Of a stretch of DNA of 24,000 nucleotides, positions 1 through 8,186 are shown piece after piece; positions within the stretch are counted from its first letter, which is position 1, and every line of letters begins with the position of its first letter. The DNA comes from Magnetococcales bacterium WMHbinv6 (GTDB lineage: Bacteria; Pseudomonadota; Magnetococcia; Magnetococcales; Magnetaquicoccaceae): positions 57,718 to 81,717 of the forward strand of contig PDZV01000002.1 of assembly GCA_002753135.1 (NCBI GenBank), read 5' to 3'. The notes beneath the pieces are model-generated. The model was not told where the DNA came from. It did not search any database and saw only the letters and a program-made list of their open reading frames with translations. The position numbers and the translations under genes were made by a program.

Positions 1-615
1 CACCACCTCACGGCCACGTTCGCCAACCAGGGCAATCACGTTGATATCCGCCGAGGTGTAACGGGCCATCATGCCGAGCAGCGTACTTTTACCCACACCG
101 GAGCCGGAAAAAATACCCACCCGTTGCCCCTGCCCCACCGTCAACAGACCATTGATGGCGCGTACCCCCAAATCCATCGCCGTATCAATGCGCCGCCTGA
201 CCATCGGGTTGACCGGGTCGGCATAGAGCGGCATCCGCTCCGGCAACAGCAACAGCGGACCACCGTCCAACGGTTCCCCCATTGGATTGATGACCCGCCC
301 CAACAACGCATCGCCAACCGCCACATCTTCCGGTCGCCCGTAAGAGACAATCCGGCTGCCAGGATGAATACCACGCAACGGCCCCAGTGGCATGAGCAGC
401 AACGCCTTGTTGCGAAAACCCACCACCTCTGCCTTGATCGGCTCTGCCCCATCTTCCGGCCAAATCTGGCACATATCGCCAATCGAGGCTGCCGGTCCAT
501 CTCCTTCTACCAGCAAGCCCACCACCTGAGTGACCCTGCCGGTTCGCAGCAATCCCAGTTTACCCTGCGCCGCAACCTGGTATTCTGACCAGGGAATATC
601 ATGCGACTTCATCAT
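1..615 (-). CDS. fliI: Flagellar export ATPase FliI, N-terminal part (gene continues beyond the left window edge)
   Basis: Not in the ORF track because the ORF is open at the window edge. Hand translation of the minus strand from ATG-ATG at 615..610 gives MMKSHDIPWSEYQVAAQGKLGLLRTGRVTQVVGLLVEGDGP...AINGLLTVGQGQRVGIFSGSGVGKSTLLGMMARYTSADINVIALVGERGREV. That is an F1/FliI-type N-terminal domain followed by Walker A GSGVGKST. The start overlaps the fliH stop (599-601) by 17 nt, and the gene follows fliH in the canonical order. Confidence 0.9.
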   Translation of the reverse strand, partial: MMKSHDIPWSEYQVAAQGKLGLLRTGRVTQVVGLLVEGDGPAASIGDMCQIWPEDGAEPIKAEVVGFRNKALLLMPLGPLRGIHPGSRIVSYGRPEDVAVGDALLGRVINPMGEPLDGGPLLLLPERMPLYADPVNPMVRRRIDTAMDLGVRAINGLLTVGQGQRVGIFSGSGVGKSTLLGMMARYTSADINVIALVGERGREVV

Positions 616-1858
616 CTTCCTTTATCGCCTCTCCGGCGGAGGGCTCACTCTCTGCCTCGGCTGCCGCATCCACCTCTTCTTGTGGCGACTCGTCAGCCAG
701 GTTGATCGCCTCCTCTTCTGCCAGCAAAGCCTGCCGGTCCTCCTCAGCGACCGCCTCATCTTCGGAAAACTGCTCTGCCTTTGCATCCTGGTCAGGTGCC
801 CAGTGCGAACTGTTAATCCGCCCGGTCAACGCGGTTGAAACGATGGTCTCCTCCATATACGAAGCCTCATCTTCGTCTAAAAAGGATCCCACCAGGCTGG
901 AACCGCTGCGGCTGGGATGATGCCACGCCTCTTCCTGAACCTGTTCAGCGACTGCGTCGGCAATCTCTTCCAAACGTACCGCACCAATCGCTGAAGCCAC
1001 CGCAGGAGCAGCTGGCAGCATCGGCGCGGCTGCCTGCGCCGCCTTTACCTCTTGGTTGTCCATGCCAGTCGGCAAAACCAATGGGCGCCCCTGTGCCGCC
1101 AGGCGCTGCGCATACTGGGCAGAGGCTGCCGCCAAATCTTCGTTACCACTGCTCTGCAAACGATCCTGCAGAAAACTGCGCAAACCGGCCTCCATATCTG
1201 CCAGCTGCCGCTCCAGATTGTCTTCCATTCCACCAAAATCACTGACCAATCTGACTGAGCCAAGTCCGACCGTGGCATCACCCTCAATGCGCAGTTTTGC
1301 CAAGCCTGGTATCTGTTGCAGCAGCGCCGCGCTGTCCGGTGCCACATAAATGACCATGTCGCGTCGGCCTGCCGCCTGCTCCAGCAACCGGTTGACACGA
1401 TGGCTGATCTCTTGCGGATTGATTGACAATTCGTGGGCGACCAACTCCCGCGTCAACATAATGGCCGTCTCGACCAAAAAGCTTTCGGCACTGGCAAAAA
1501 CACGTTTCGGCAAACCATCCAGTTGCCGCAATACCGACTCAAACTGGGGCAGCAGACGGGCCATCTCCCGCTCCATAGTCTGCTCACCCAAGGCCAAACC
1601 AGCCTCTTCGCCCGCTGCAAATGCTTTCTGGTAGGTCTCTCTCTCGATGGTTTCCAGGCGACGCAGATGCAGCTCATCTACGGAAAGTTCCGGTGGCTTA
1701 TCTCCTTTGTCCAGCTCTGGCACCCTGCCATTGGGCAACAGCGGAACAAAGGCCTCGCCGCGATCACCGGCAGCAGCCACCAGATCCCGAAAGGATACCC
1801 GCTGCGGCTCGACATCCAGCTCTTCCTGCTTGATGACAGTCTCAAACACAACCGACAT
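599..1858 (-). CDS. fliH: Flagellar export apparatus protein FliH with an unusual long acidic C-terminal extension
   Basis: 419-aa ORF between fliG and fliI. Residues about 60-235 look like FliH: a charged helical region (RRLETIERETYQKAFAAGEEAG), then a C-terminal block ending ...LRIEGDATVGLGSVRLVSDFGGMEDNLERQLADMEAGL. GAAGGA lies 6-7 nt upstream of the ATG at 1858. Residues 236-419 are Ala/Glu/Asp-rich and low-complexity. Confidence 0.8.
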   Translation of the reverse strand: MSVVFETVIKQEELDVEPQRVSFRDLVAAAGDRGEAFVPLLPNGRVPELDKGDKPPELSVDELHLRRLETIERETYQKAFAAGEEAGLALGEQTMEREMARLLPQFESVLRQLDGLPKRVFASAESFLVETAIMLTRELVAHELSINPQEISHRVNRLLEQAAGRRDMVIYVAPDSAALLQQIPGLAKLRIEGDATVGLGSVRLVSDFGGMEDNLERQLADMEAGLRSFLQDRLQSSGNEDLAAASAQYAQRLAAQGRPLVLPTGMDNQEVKAAQAAAPMLPAAPAVASAIGAVRLEEIADAVAEQVQEEAWHHPSRSGSSLVGSFLDEDEASYMEETIVSTALTGRINSSHWAPDQDAKAEQFSEDEAVAEEDRQALLAEEEAINLADESPQEEVDAAAEAESEPSAGEAIKEDDEVA

Positions 1859-1917
1859 GCGTTTCCTTCCCCGTTTGCAACTGGCTACGCCAACCCATGG
1901 AACACATAAGCTCTTGC

Positions 1918-2994
1918 TTACATCACCATATCATCCGAGCCCTTACCCATGATCACAATCGATCCTTCTGCCTCCAGTCGACGCGCCGCCTTGAGAATCG
2001 ATTGCTGGGCCGCCTCCACATCCACCACTTTGACCGGACCCAACAACTCCAGATCTTCACGCAACATTTCGGCGGCACGTTCCGACATGTTCTGGAAAAA
2101 TTTCTCCCGCAGGCGATCGTCGGCACCCTTCATGGCGGTCAACAGTTCATCGTTGGAAATTTCACGCAGCAGGGTCTGGAAGCTGCGATCATCCATCAGC
2201 AACAGATCTTCAAACAGGAACATCTCTTTGCGCACGCTCTCGGCCAGCGGATTATCCTCTTCATCCAGGTAGGCCAACAGCTTGTCGGAAATTTCCCGGC
2301 TCATCAGGTTCAGCAACTCGGCAACCTTCTTGGTACCACCGCCCTCCTGTTGCCGTCCGCTGCGCGCCACACCCAGGGCATTCAATTCGGTCAGCAGCGA
2401 TGCCTCAATATCTTCCAGGGCACCGGGAGGCAAGGTATTCATGCGCGCCATGCGATAGACCACCTGCTGCTGCATCTCCGTCGAGAGATGGTCGATGACC
2501 TGCGCGGCATGCTCTTGTTGCAACTGTGAGATAATTAAGGTAACACTCTGCGGATGTTCGCTGGCGAGAAAAGTGGCGACCAGGGCAGGCTCCATGCCGT
2601 TCATCACCTCCCACGGCGTGCTCTTGGGACCAGTTTGCACCTCTTTGAGCAGTTGCCGGGCCCGATCTTTGCCCAAGGTTTTGGTCAGCAGATCGCGAAC
2701 CCGATTCTGCCCACCGCGTACATCGTACATTTTTAATTCAAACTTATCGAGAAACTCCTGGCGCACCGCCTGGACCGCATCCGGTGGCATGACACCCATG
2801 CGGGAAATCACGCGGGAAATTTCGCGCAGTTCGGCCTCCTGCATTCCTTCCATGATTTTTTTGGCATCTTCATCCGGTAACGATAACAGAAAAATGCCGG
2901 CCTTCTCTTTGCCACTTAAACGCATCTTTGCCGTTGTATTACCACGCCGGGAAACGGAATCGCCTCCGGCGCTATCCCATGCCTGTGTGTCCAT
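1918..2994 (-). CDS. fliG: Flagellar motor switch protein FliG
   Basis: 358-aa ORF with FliG-like sequence: LSGKEKAGIFLLSLPDEDAKKIMEGM..., EHPQSVTLIISQL, and a C-terminal torque-helix region ...KVVDVEAAQQSILKAARRLEAEGSIVI. GGAG lies 5 nt upstream of the ATG at 2994. Position after fliF is canonical. Confidence 0.92.
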   Translation of the reverse strand: MDTQAWDSAGGDSVSRRGNTTAKMRLSGKEKAGIFLLSLPDEDAKKIMEGMQEAELREISRVISRMGVMPPDAVQAVRQEFLDKFELKMYDVRGGQNRVRDLLTKTLGKDRARQLLKEVQTGPKSTPWEVMNGMEPALVATFLASEHPQSVTLIISQLQQEHAAQVIDHLSTEMQQQVVYRMARMNTLPPGALEDIEASLLTELNALGVARSGRQQEGGGTKKVAELLNLMSREISDKLLAYLDEEDNPLAESVRKEMFLFEDLLLMDDRSFQTLLREISNDELLTAMKGADDRLREKFFQNMSERAAEMLREDLELLGPVKVVDVEAAQQSILKAARRLEAEGSIVIMGKGSDDMVM

Positions 2995-3082
2995 AGATAC
3001 TCCATCCGCCGCAAACAGAAACCATTCATCCGACCCGACAGGTCGCTGACCTACTCAATCAACCGAATGCCAGGGCCTGTTT

Positions 3083-3199
3083 TTATTCAGCCCAAAACTT
3101 TTTGACACGGCGTTCCGGACTGCTGCGCTGCTCACCCACAAACCACTGCGCCATTGCTGGCCCAAGCACCTTATCCAAGTAGTGCAGCGAGCCTCTCAT
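3083..3199 (-). CDS. Hypothetical 38-codon small ORF in the fliF-fliG gap (speculative)
   Basis: Hand translation of the minus strand gives ATG(3199) MRGSLHYLDKVLGPAMAQWFVGEQRSSPERRVKKFWAE TAA(3085..3083). AAGG lies about 9 nt upstream. It is too short for the ORF track, and I recognise no homology. It is the only start-to-stop ORF I found on the operon strand in an otherwise unexplained 217-bp gap. Confidence 0.2.
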   Translation of the reverse strand: MRGSLHYLDKVLGPAMAQWFVGEQRSSPERRVKKFWAE

Positions 3200-3211
3200 G
3201 ACGACACGCCT

Positions 3212-4855
3212 TTAATCCTGCGCCATCCAGCTCCGGATAATTTCGCGAGCCTCTTCTGGATTGTCGTTGATCATCTGCTGGGCCAGCTTGATGCTGCGAT
3301 CCGGTGTACGTAAACGCATCGGCTCTTCGGAAGGCAACGCACCCACCCCTTCCGCAACCAGTTGTTGATCCAACTCGGCTACCGCTGCCGGAATACCGGT
3401 ACTCTCTGCCATCCGTTCCCCAGTCAGGAACTCCTCGATCATCGGCTTCAAGACCAGAATCAGCAGGGCCAGAATCGCTGAGCCCAACAGGAACTGCAGC
3501 CAGAAATCGGCAGACTGCCAGAAACGTGGTGCGGTGTCTTCAGCTGTCGGTACCCGTTCAAACGGTACACTGGACATCTCGATCGTGTCGCCCCGTTTTT
3601 GGTCAAAGCCGACTGCCCGCTCAACTATCTTTTGCAGGCGGGTCATCTCCTCATCGGAACGTTTTTTATTGCCTGTCTTTTCGCCGGTATTGCTCTCCTC
3701 CGGCGTATCCACCAACACCGCTACGGATAACCGTTTAATCGTACCTACCGGCAGCAGGGTTTTGTTGATGGTTTTGGAAATTTCATAGTTGATGGTGTCG
3801 CGTTCGGTATTGCGGCTCTGTGTGGAACCACCCGTGCTGCTCTTGGCCGTATCGTTGGCATCGTTGGCGCGCACACCCGGTGTGCCACCCACGCCGAAAT
3901 CGCCCCGGCTGCTTTCGTTGACCGACTGCTCACTGCGCGGCACGCCACCTTGTCCGGCAGGATCATAGATCTCCTCCTGCCGCTCGGTGCGCGACAGATC
4001 CAACTCCGCCGTGATGCGAACAATGCTGCGACTGACACCGCTGGGGCTGATACCAATCACCTTGTCCAACATGGCCTGGGCGCGATCCTCCAGGCTCTTC
4101 TCAACCTGCTGCTGCATCGTCAGCGTTTCATCAGCACCCAGACGACCATCTTTCGGAGAACCTTTGCCACCGGCAATCAAGTTTCCCTTGCCATCCAGCA
4201 GGGTCACATGGCTCTCTTCGAGCCCTTCCACAGCCGTTGCCACCAGATGGACAATCCCCTCCACCTGTTTGGGCTGCAATGGTCGCGACAACTCCATGAT
4301 CACCGACGCCGTGGCCGGTTTTGATTCGGTAACAAAAAGTGACGGCTTCGGCATCACCAGATGGACCCGCGCCGAATGAACCGCACTGATGCTCTCAACG
4401 GTCCGTGCCAACTCCCCCTGCAAGGCTCGTTGGTAGTTCATCCGCTGCATAAAGTCGGTCATGCCGACCAGATTGCTCTTGTCGAACAACTCAAAACCGA
4501 CACCATTGCTGCCCTGCTTCGGCAACCCCTGCGTGGCCAACTCCAGACGCAAGTCGTAGACGCGATCTGCCGGAACATCAACTGAAGTGCCACCCGGACC
4601 AATCTGGTAGGGCACCTTCATTTTGTTCAACTGCTCGATGATGCGTCCCGTCTCCTCCTGAGGCAGACCGGAAAATAGCATCTTATACGCTGGCCGTGTG
4701 GCAAACCAAATCATCACGGTCAACGCCAGCAGGGTCGTTCCAATCGCCAAGATAAGCCCATTGCGTCCACCCAGAGGCAACTGTGCCAAAAAGCGGGTCG
4801 CCGTATCAATCAAATTCATGGGCGTCTGAGGCACGACAGCGGGAGATTCAGCCAT
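3212..4855 (-). CDS. fliF: Flagellar MS-ring protein FliF
   Basis: 547-aa ORF. It has an N-terminal TM segment (LILAIGTTLLALTVMIWF), a YscJ/FliF periplasmic region (KMLFSGLPQEETGRIIEQLNKMKVPYQI..., DRVYDLRLELATQGLP, MNYQRALQGELARTV), a second TM near the C-terminus (FWLQFLLGSAILALLILVL) and a cytoplasmic tail. Confidence 0.95.
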   Translation of the reverse strand: MAESPAVVPQTPMNLIDTATRFLAQLPLGGRNGLILAIGTTLLALTVMIWFATRPAYKMLFSGLPQEETGRIIEQLNKMKVPYQIGPGGTSVDVPADRVYDLRLELATQGLPKQGSNGVGFELFDKSNLVGMTDFMQRMNYQRALQGELARTVESISAVHSARVHLVMPKPSLFVTESKPATASVIMELSRPLQPKQVEGIVHLVATAVEGLEESHVTLLDGKGNLIAGGKGSPKDGRLGADETLTMQQQVEKSLEDRAQAMLDKVIGISPSGVSRSIVRITAELDLSRTERQEEIYDPAGQGGVPRSEQSVNESSRGDFGVGGTPGVRANDANDTAKSSTGGSTQSRNTERDTINYEISKTINKTLLPVGTIKRLSVAVLVDTPEESNTGEKTGNKKRSDEEMTRLQKIVERAVGFDQKRGDTIEMSSVPFERVPTAEDTAPRFWQSADFWLQFLLGSAILALLILVLKPMIEEFLTGERMAESTGIPAAVAELDQQLVAEGVGALPSEEPMRLRTPDRSIKLAQQMINDNPEEAREIIRSWMAQD

Positions 4856-4970
4856 GGTATTTTGTTTCCATAGTCACTACTTCAGAATGGTACAACCTTT
4901 ACACCGTTTACGGCACACCAGCTCAACAGCAGCCTGGCACCATAAGCAGCGCCACCAGAATGTCACATGC

Positions 4971-5288
4971 CTATGCAGTCGGCATCGTCATGATTTCGTG
5001 ATACACTTCCAGCGCCTTGTTGCGTACTTGCAACAGCAGGCGCAAATGAAGCTCCGCCTCGGAGGCAGCAATCTGAGCTTCATGCAGACTTACACCAGCA
5101 TTACCTAACAAGGCACGCTCCGTCAAGTCTTTGGATTCTTTTTGCAGGCGATCCGTCTCTTTGACCTGTTGGGCCAACATGGTCGAAAAGGTCTCCCAGG
5201 CTCCCCCTTTGCCACTACCCGCCACACTGGTCGTCAGGGAAGGCAACATGCTGGGCAGCGGTACACCAGATACTCCGTTTAGTGACAT
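4971..5288 (-). CDS. fliE: Flagellar hook-basal body complex protein FliE
   Basis: 105-aa ORF with a FliE-like C-terminus (VSLHEAQIAASEAELHLRLLLQVRNKALEVYHEIMTMP). AAGGAG RBS lies directly upstream. It sits between flgC and fliF. Confidence 0.88.
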   Translation of the reverse strand: MSLNGVSGVPLPSMLPSLTTSVAGSGKGGAWETFSTMLAQQVKETDRLQKESKDLTERALLGNAGVSLHEAQIAASEAELHLRLLLQVRNKALEVYHEIMTMPTA

Positions 5289-5303
5289 GCGACTTCTCCT
5301 TTA

Positions 5304-5729
5304 TCAACGCCCGATTTCCAACGCCTTCAAAGCCATCGCTTTGGAAGCATTCAATACCGTCACATTCGCCTCATAGGCATGGGTCGCCGCCATCATGTTG
5401 ACCATCTCGGTCACCGTGTCCACATTCGGCATTTCCACATAGCCATCTGCCTTGGCATCCGGGTGGTTGGGATCATACTGCCGTCGGGGGGGACGTTCAT
5501 CGATGTGAACCCGCTCCACGGCCACGCCGGTGGATCCGGCAATCTGTTCCTGACTCAACATTTCATCGAACGGTTGCGCCGCAAAAACCGGATCCCGTCG
5601 CTTGTACGGTCCACCCTCAACCGTGCGCGTGGTTTGCGCGTTGGCCACATTCTCCGAGGTAATATTCATCCGCATCCGCTGCGCCGTCAACGCGGAGGCT
5701 GTTACCCGAAACGACGTCAAAAAATCCAT
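5304..5729 (-). CDS. flgC: Flagellar basal-body rod protein FlgC
   Basis: 141-aa ORF with a rod-protein N-terminal motif (ASALTAQRMRMNITSENVANAQTT) and C-terminal motif (VDTVTEMVNMMAATHAYEANVTVLNASKAM). AGGGGG RBS lies upstream. Confidence 0.93.
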   Translation of the reverse strand: MDFLTSFRVTASALTAQRMRMNITSENVANAQTTRTVEGGPYKRRDPVFAAQPFDEMLSQEQIAGSTGVAVERVHIDERPPRRQYDPNHPDAKADGYVEMPNVDTVTEMVNMMAATHAYEANVTVLNASKAMALKALEIGR

Positions 5730-5804
5730 TCTGACCCCCTGTTCCCGATTTACTGCACTGGATCATTCCAGAGTGATGCCGATCAACCCTGAAACGCAGA
5801 TACT

Positions 5805-6218
5805 TTATCGCACATTACCATCGATCATCATACGCATCGTACCGATTTGACCGCTTAACGACTGCGCTGCATAGTTGTACAACAACTGGTTGGCCGCCTG
5901 TTGAGCCATCTCCTGCTCCAGGTCAACGCTGTTACCGTCCCCTTTGGGAATCGGTGTCTCCACCTCCTGCATACGCCCTGCCACCGGCCCTTCATACCCT
6001 TTGGGCAGATGTTTGGCGGTGGTACGCGCCATCGGCAACTCATCGCGAGGTGGCAACGACTCTTTCAGGACATCTTCGAACTCAAACCGCTTGGCCTTGT
6101 AGCCCGGCGTATCGGCATTGGCCACATTGGAAGTGATAATTTCCTGACGCTGCTGCCGCAAATCGAGCAGATTGGCCTTGAATTGTCCTGCGGGCCCCAA
6201 CAAACTTAATTCCGCCAT
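5805..6218 (-). CDS. flgB: Flagellar basal-body rod protein FlgB
   Basis: The track ORF extends to 6296. The internal ATG at 6218 (MAELSLLGPAGQFKANLLDLRQQRQEIITSNVANADTPGYKAK...) is preceded by GAGGAG at a 6-nt spacing and gives a normal FlgB N-terminus. The upstream 26 codons (MLVDYWWFFRF...) look non-coding. Confidence 0.9.
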   Translation of the reverse strand: MAELSLLGPAGQFKANLLDLRQQRQEIITSNVANADTPGYKAKRFEFEDVLKESLPPRDELPMARTTAKHLPKGYEGPVAGRMQEVETPIPKGDGNSVDLEQEMAQQAANQLLYNYAAQSLSGQIGTMRMMIDGNVR

Positions 6219-6332
6219 ACCCGTCTCCTCAGCCGGTCGCAAAGCCGTTATGGTACGCGGCAAGAAACGAAAAAACCACCAATAATCCACCAGCAAGGCC
6301 GCAATTGTCCCCCACGCAATCCCTGTACATTG

Positions 6333-6347
6333 CTACCCGCCGGGTAG
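6333..6347. promoter_or_regulatory. Perfect 15-bp palindrome CTACCCG-C-CGGGTAG, 115-129 nt upstream of the flgB start
   Basis: Read directly from the sequence: 7-bp arms around a single central base, in the pyrF-flgB intergenic region. Confidence 0.3.
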
Positions 6348-6361
6348 AATGACAATTCCCA

Positions 6362-6386
6362 CTGAAAAAAGCAATTTATTTTTCAG
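6362..6386. promoter_or_regulatory. A/T-rich inverted repeat CTGAAAAA-N9-TTTTTCAG, 144-168 nt upstream of flgB
   Basis: Read directly: 8-bp perfect arms with a 9-nt A/T-rich spacer. This is the most A/T-rich spot in the intergenic region and could be a bend or architectural-protein site. Confidence 0.25.
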
Positions 6387-6451
6387 TTTTCCTGTACGAT
6401 TCCACGCCATCAAAGCGATGATCCATCTTGTTTACGTGTGGTACCCTTATG

Positions 6452-6471
6452 GCACTTGACAGGTCAAGCGC
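6452..6471. promoter_or_regulatory. 20-bp near-perfect palindrome GCACTTGAC-AG-GTCAAGCGC, just downstream of the pyrF stop and about 235-250 nt upstream of flgB
   Basis: Read directly: 9-bp arms with one mismatch and a 2-nt centre. As RNA it could form an 8-bp stem with a 4-nt loop, but no U-tract follows. As DNA it looks like a dimeric regulator or enhancer site. Confidence 0.3.
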
Positions 6472-6492
6472 ACCACTTGGCACAAAACCGCT

Positions 6493-7443
6493 TCATGCAG
6501 CAAAACGTTGTTGAATGGCCTGCCGCAACTGCTGTGCCACGGCGTGAATACGTGCCGCAGCCTGTTCCATCCAGGCCGCATCCGCCAACTCTTCGGGACG
6601 AAACGGGTAGAGCAAGCCCCGGGATGAGGCGGCGTAGGCTCCATTGCCATCCTCGCCCGCACCGGCCACGATGGCATCCAGAGAACCTCCTTGCGCACCA
6701 ATACCCGGCATCAAAAAGATGGCGCGCGGTGCCAAACGGCGCAAAGCCAGCGCCGCTTGCGGATAGGTGGCACCAACCACCATCCCAACCTGGGCATATC
6801 CCTGCTTGCCTTCCGTCCCTTCACCCCAACAGGCAACCAGTCGGGCCATCTGTTCCGCAACCGTCAAGCCAGGTTGCCCCGCCTCCCACAGGGGCAGATC
6901 CTGCAACTCCCCGGAAGAGGGATTGGAGGTTTTGGCCAGCACAAACAGGCCTGCTGCCCGGTTTGCCTCCTGAAAGGGACGAATACCGTCGCTGCCCAAA
7001 TAGCCGTTCACCGTCAGAGCATCCACTTGCCAGCTATTGGCCTCCGCAAAGAGAGGATGGCGTGCCGCCAGCCAGGCCGTGGCATAGGCCCCTGCCGTAT
7101 GCGCCACATCGTTGCGTTTGGCATCCATGATGATCAGCAAACCTTTTGCCCGCAACAGGGCAATGGTGCGCTGCAGAGCCCGCAAACCGGCAAAACCATA
7201 CTGCTCATAAAAGGCGGCCTGCGGTTTGTAGGCCACGGCCATCTCTGCGGTTGCCTCCACCACCACCCGATTGAAGGCAACCAGCGTCTCTTCCAGCAAA
7301 TCATGGTCCGGTTGACGGCGCAACGCCTCTTGCAAATAGCCCGGAAAGGCTTCGATCTGCGGATCCAGGCCGACAATCACCCGTGATTCACATTGGCGCG
7401 CCCGTTCGATGAGACGGTCGCTAAAACTCTCTTGCCCCTGCAT
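6493..7443 (-). CDS. pyrF: Orotidine 5'-phosphate decarboxylase, type 2 (long form)
   Basis: ORF 6493..7479. ODCase motifs are present: VIVGLDP, AYKPQAAFYE, IIMDAKRNDVAHT, ALTVNGYLGSDG, FVLAKTSNPS, FLMPGIGAQGG. The likely start is the ATG at 7443 (MQGQESFSDRLIERA...), 5 nt after the ccdA stop. The upstream start at 7479 remains possible. Confidence 0.85.
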   Translation of the reverse strand: MQGQESFSDRLIERARQCESRVIVGLDPQIEAFPGYLQEALRRQPDHDLLEETLVAFNRVVVEATAEMAVAYKPQAAFYEQYGFAGLRALQRTIALLRAKGLLIIMDAKRNDVAHTAGAYATAWLAARHPLFAEANSWQVDALTVNGYLGSDGIRPFQEANRAAGLFVLAKTSNPSSGELQDLPLWEAGQPGLTVAEQMARLVACWGEGTEGKQGYAQVGMVVGATYPQAALALRRLAPRAIFLMPGIGAQGGSLDAIVAGAGEDGNGAYAASSRGLLYPFRPEELADAAWMEQAAARIHAVAQQLRQAIQQRFAA

Positions 7444-7448
7444 CCTGC

Positions 7449-8183
7449 TCACCCCACCTTGGCCAACCCGGGAAACCACTGCATCAACCAGATGGAAATC
7501 TGATTGAAACCACCCAGCATGATCAACAAACCAACCAGCACCAACAAAGCACCCGACACCTGTTCAATGCGATGCAAATAGCTCCGTATGCGGGTAAAAA
7601 AGCGGAAAAAACGATTGATCGCCAAACCGGCCAAAACAAATGGCACCCCCAAACCCGCCGAATAGACCGCCAACAGCAGGATGCCCTGTTGCACGCTCTC
7701 CTGACTGCCGGCAATGGCCAAAATACCGGCCAATATCGGACCAACACAGGGCGTCCATCCAAACGCAAAAGCCAGACCAATCACATAGGCCCCCCACAAA
7801 CCCGGCGGTTTTTGCTCTGGATTGAAACGGGCCTCCTGATTGAGCAAGGCCACACGCAGCAGCCCCATGTAGTGCAGTCCAAACAGAATGATCAAGCCGC
7901 CGCCTACTTGGGCAAGCAGTTGCATATATTGCAACAACAAACGACTCAACAGGGTGGCGGAAGCTCCCAGGGCGATAAAGACGGTGGCAAATCCCCCGAC
8001 AAAAAAGAGGCTGAACAGCGCCACCCGCCACGGTTCTGCCCCGCTCTCCTCACCGCTGCGCATCCCTGCGACCGAAACACCGGTCATAAAACTGATATAG
8101 GCGGGCACCAACGGCAGAACACACGGGGAGACAAACGACAACAAACCCGCCAATAAAGCGGTTGCGACCGTCACATTTTCCAT
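7449..8183 (-). CDS. ccdA: Cytochrome c biogenesis / thiol-disulfide electron-transfer membrane protein CcdA (DsbD-family core)
   Basis: 244-aa polytopic membrane ORF with the two conserved Cys-Pro segments of the DsbD/CcdA family (LLSFVSPCVLPLVPAY and FAFGWTPCVGPILAGIL). Confidence 0.88.
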   Translation of the reverse strand: MENVTVATALLAGLLSFVSPCVLPLVPAYISFMTGVSVAGMRSGEESGAEPWRVALFSLFFVGGFATVFIALGASATLLSRLLLQYMQLLAQVGGGLIILFGLHYMGLLRVALLNQEARFNPEQKPPGLWGAYVIGLAFAFGWTPCVGPILAGILAIAGSQESVQQGILLLAVYSAGLGVPFVLAGLAINRFFRFFTRIRSYLHRIEQVSGALLVLVGLLIMLGGFNQISIWLMQWFPGLAKVG

Positions 8184-8186
8184 ATC

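Noticed and set aside
124-588. Track ORFs at the left edge (124-588 +, 141-500 -, 185-472 -) as candidate genes
   Set aside because: The region is fully explained by fliI in the third minus-strand frame (Walker A GSGVGKST at about 90-115), which the track omitted because it is open-ended.
1897-2529. Long antisense or alternative-frame ORFs in the track (for example 1897-2529 +, 7572-8156 +, 10375-11097 -, 12230-12907 -, 13147-13842 -, 13254-13931 +, 14979-15875 +, 17006-17764 -, 18519-19295 -, 20582-21073 -, 21220-21759 -)
   Set aside because: Each lies entirely inside a gene with a strong family signature in another frame or on the other strand. Their translations are Arg/Pro/Gly/Gln-rich low-information sequences, typical of shadow ORFs in GC-biased DNA, and carry no recognisable motifs.
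6301-6317. Sigma-54 -24/-12-like sequence on the flgB strand (minus-strand reading GTGGGGGACAATTGCGG), about 85-95 nt upstream of flgB
   Set aside because: The TTGC element is present, but the GG-to-GC spacing is one base short of the strict TGGCAC-N5-TTGC geometry and the -24 half is GGGGGA rather than GGCAC. This is too weak to call a promoter without transcription start data.
6450-6493. Two exact TGGCAC hexamers on the plus strand (6450-6455 and 6478-6483), plus another at 4935-4940
   Set aside because: All three are on the strand opposite to the neighbouring genes. None is followed by TTGC at the required spacing. The first is simply one arm of the 20-bp palindrome.
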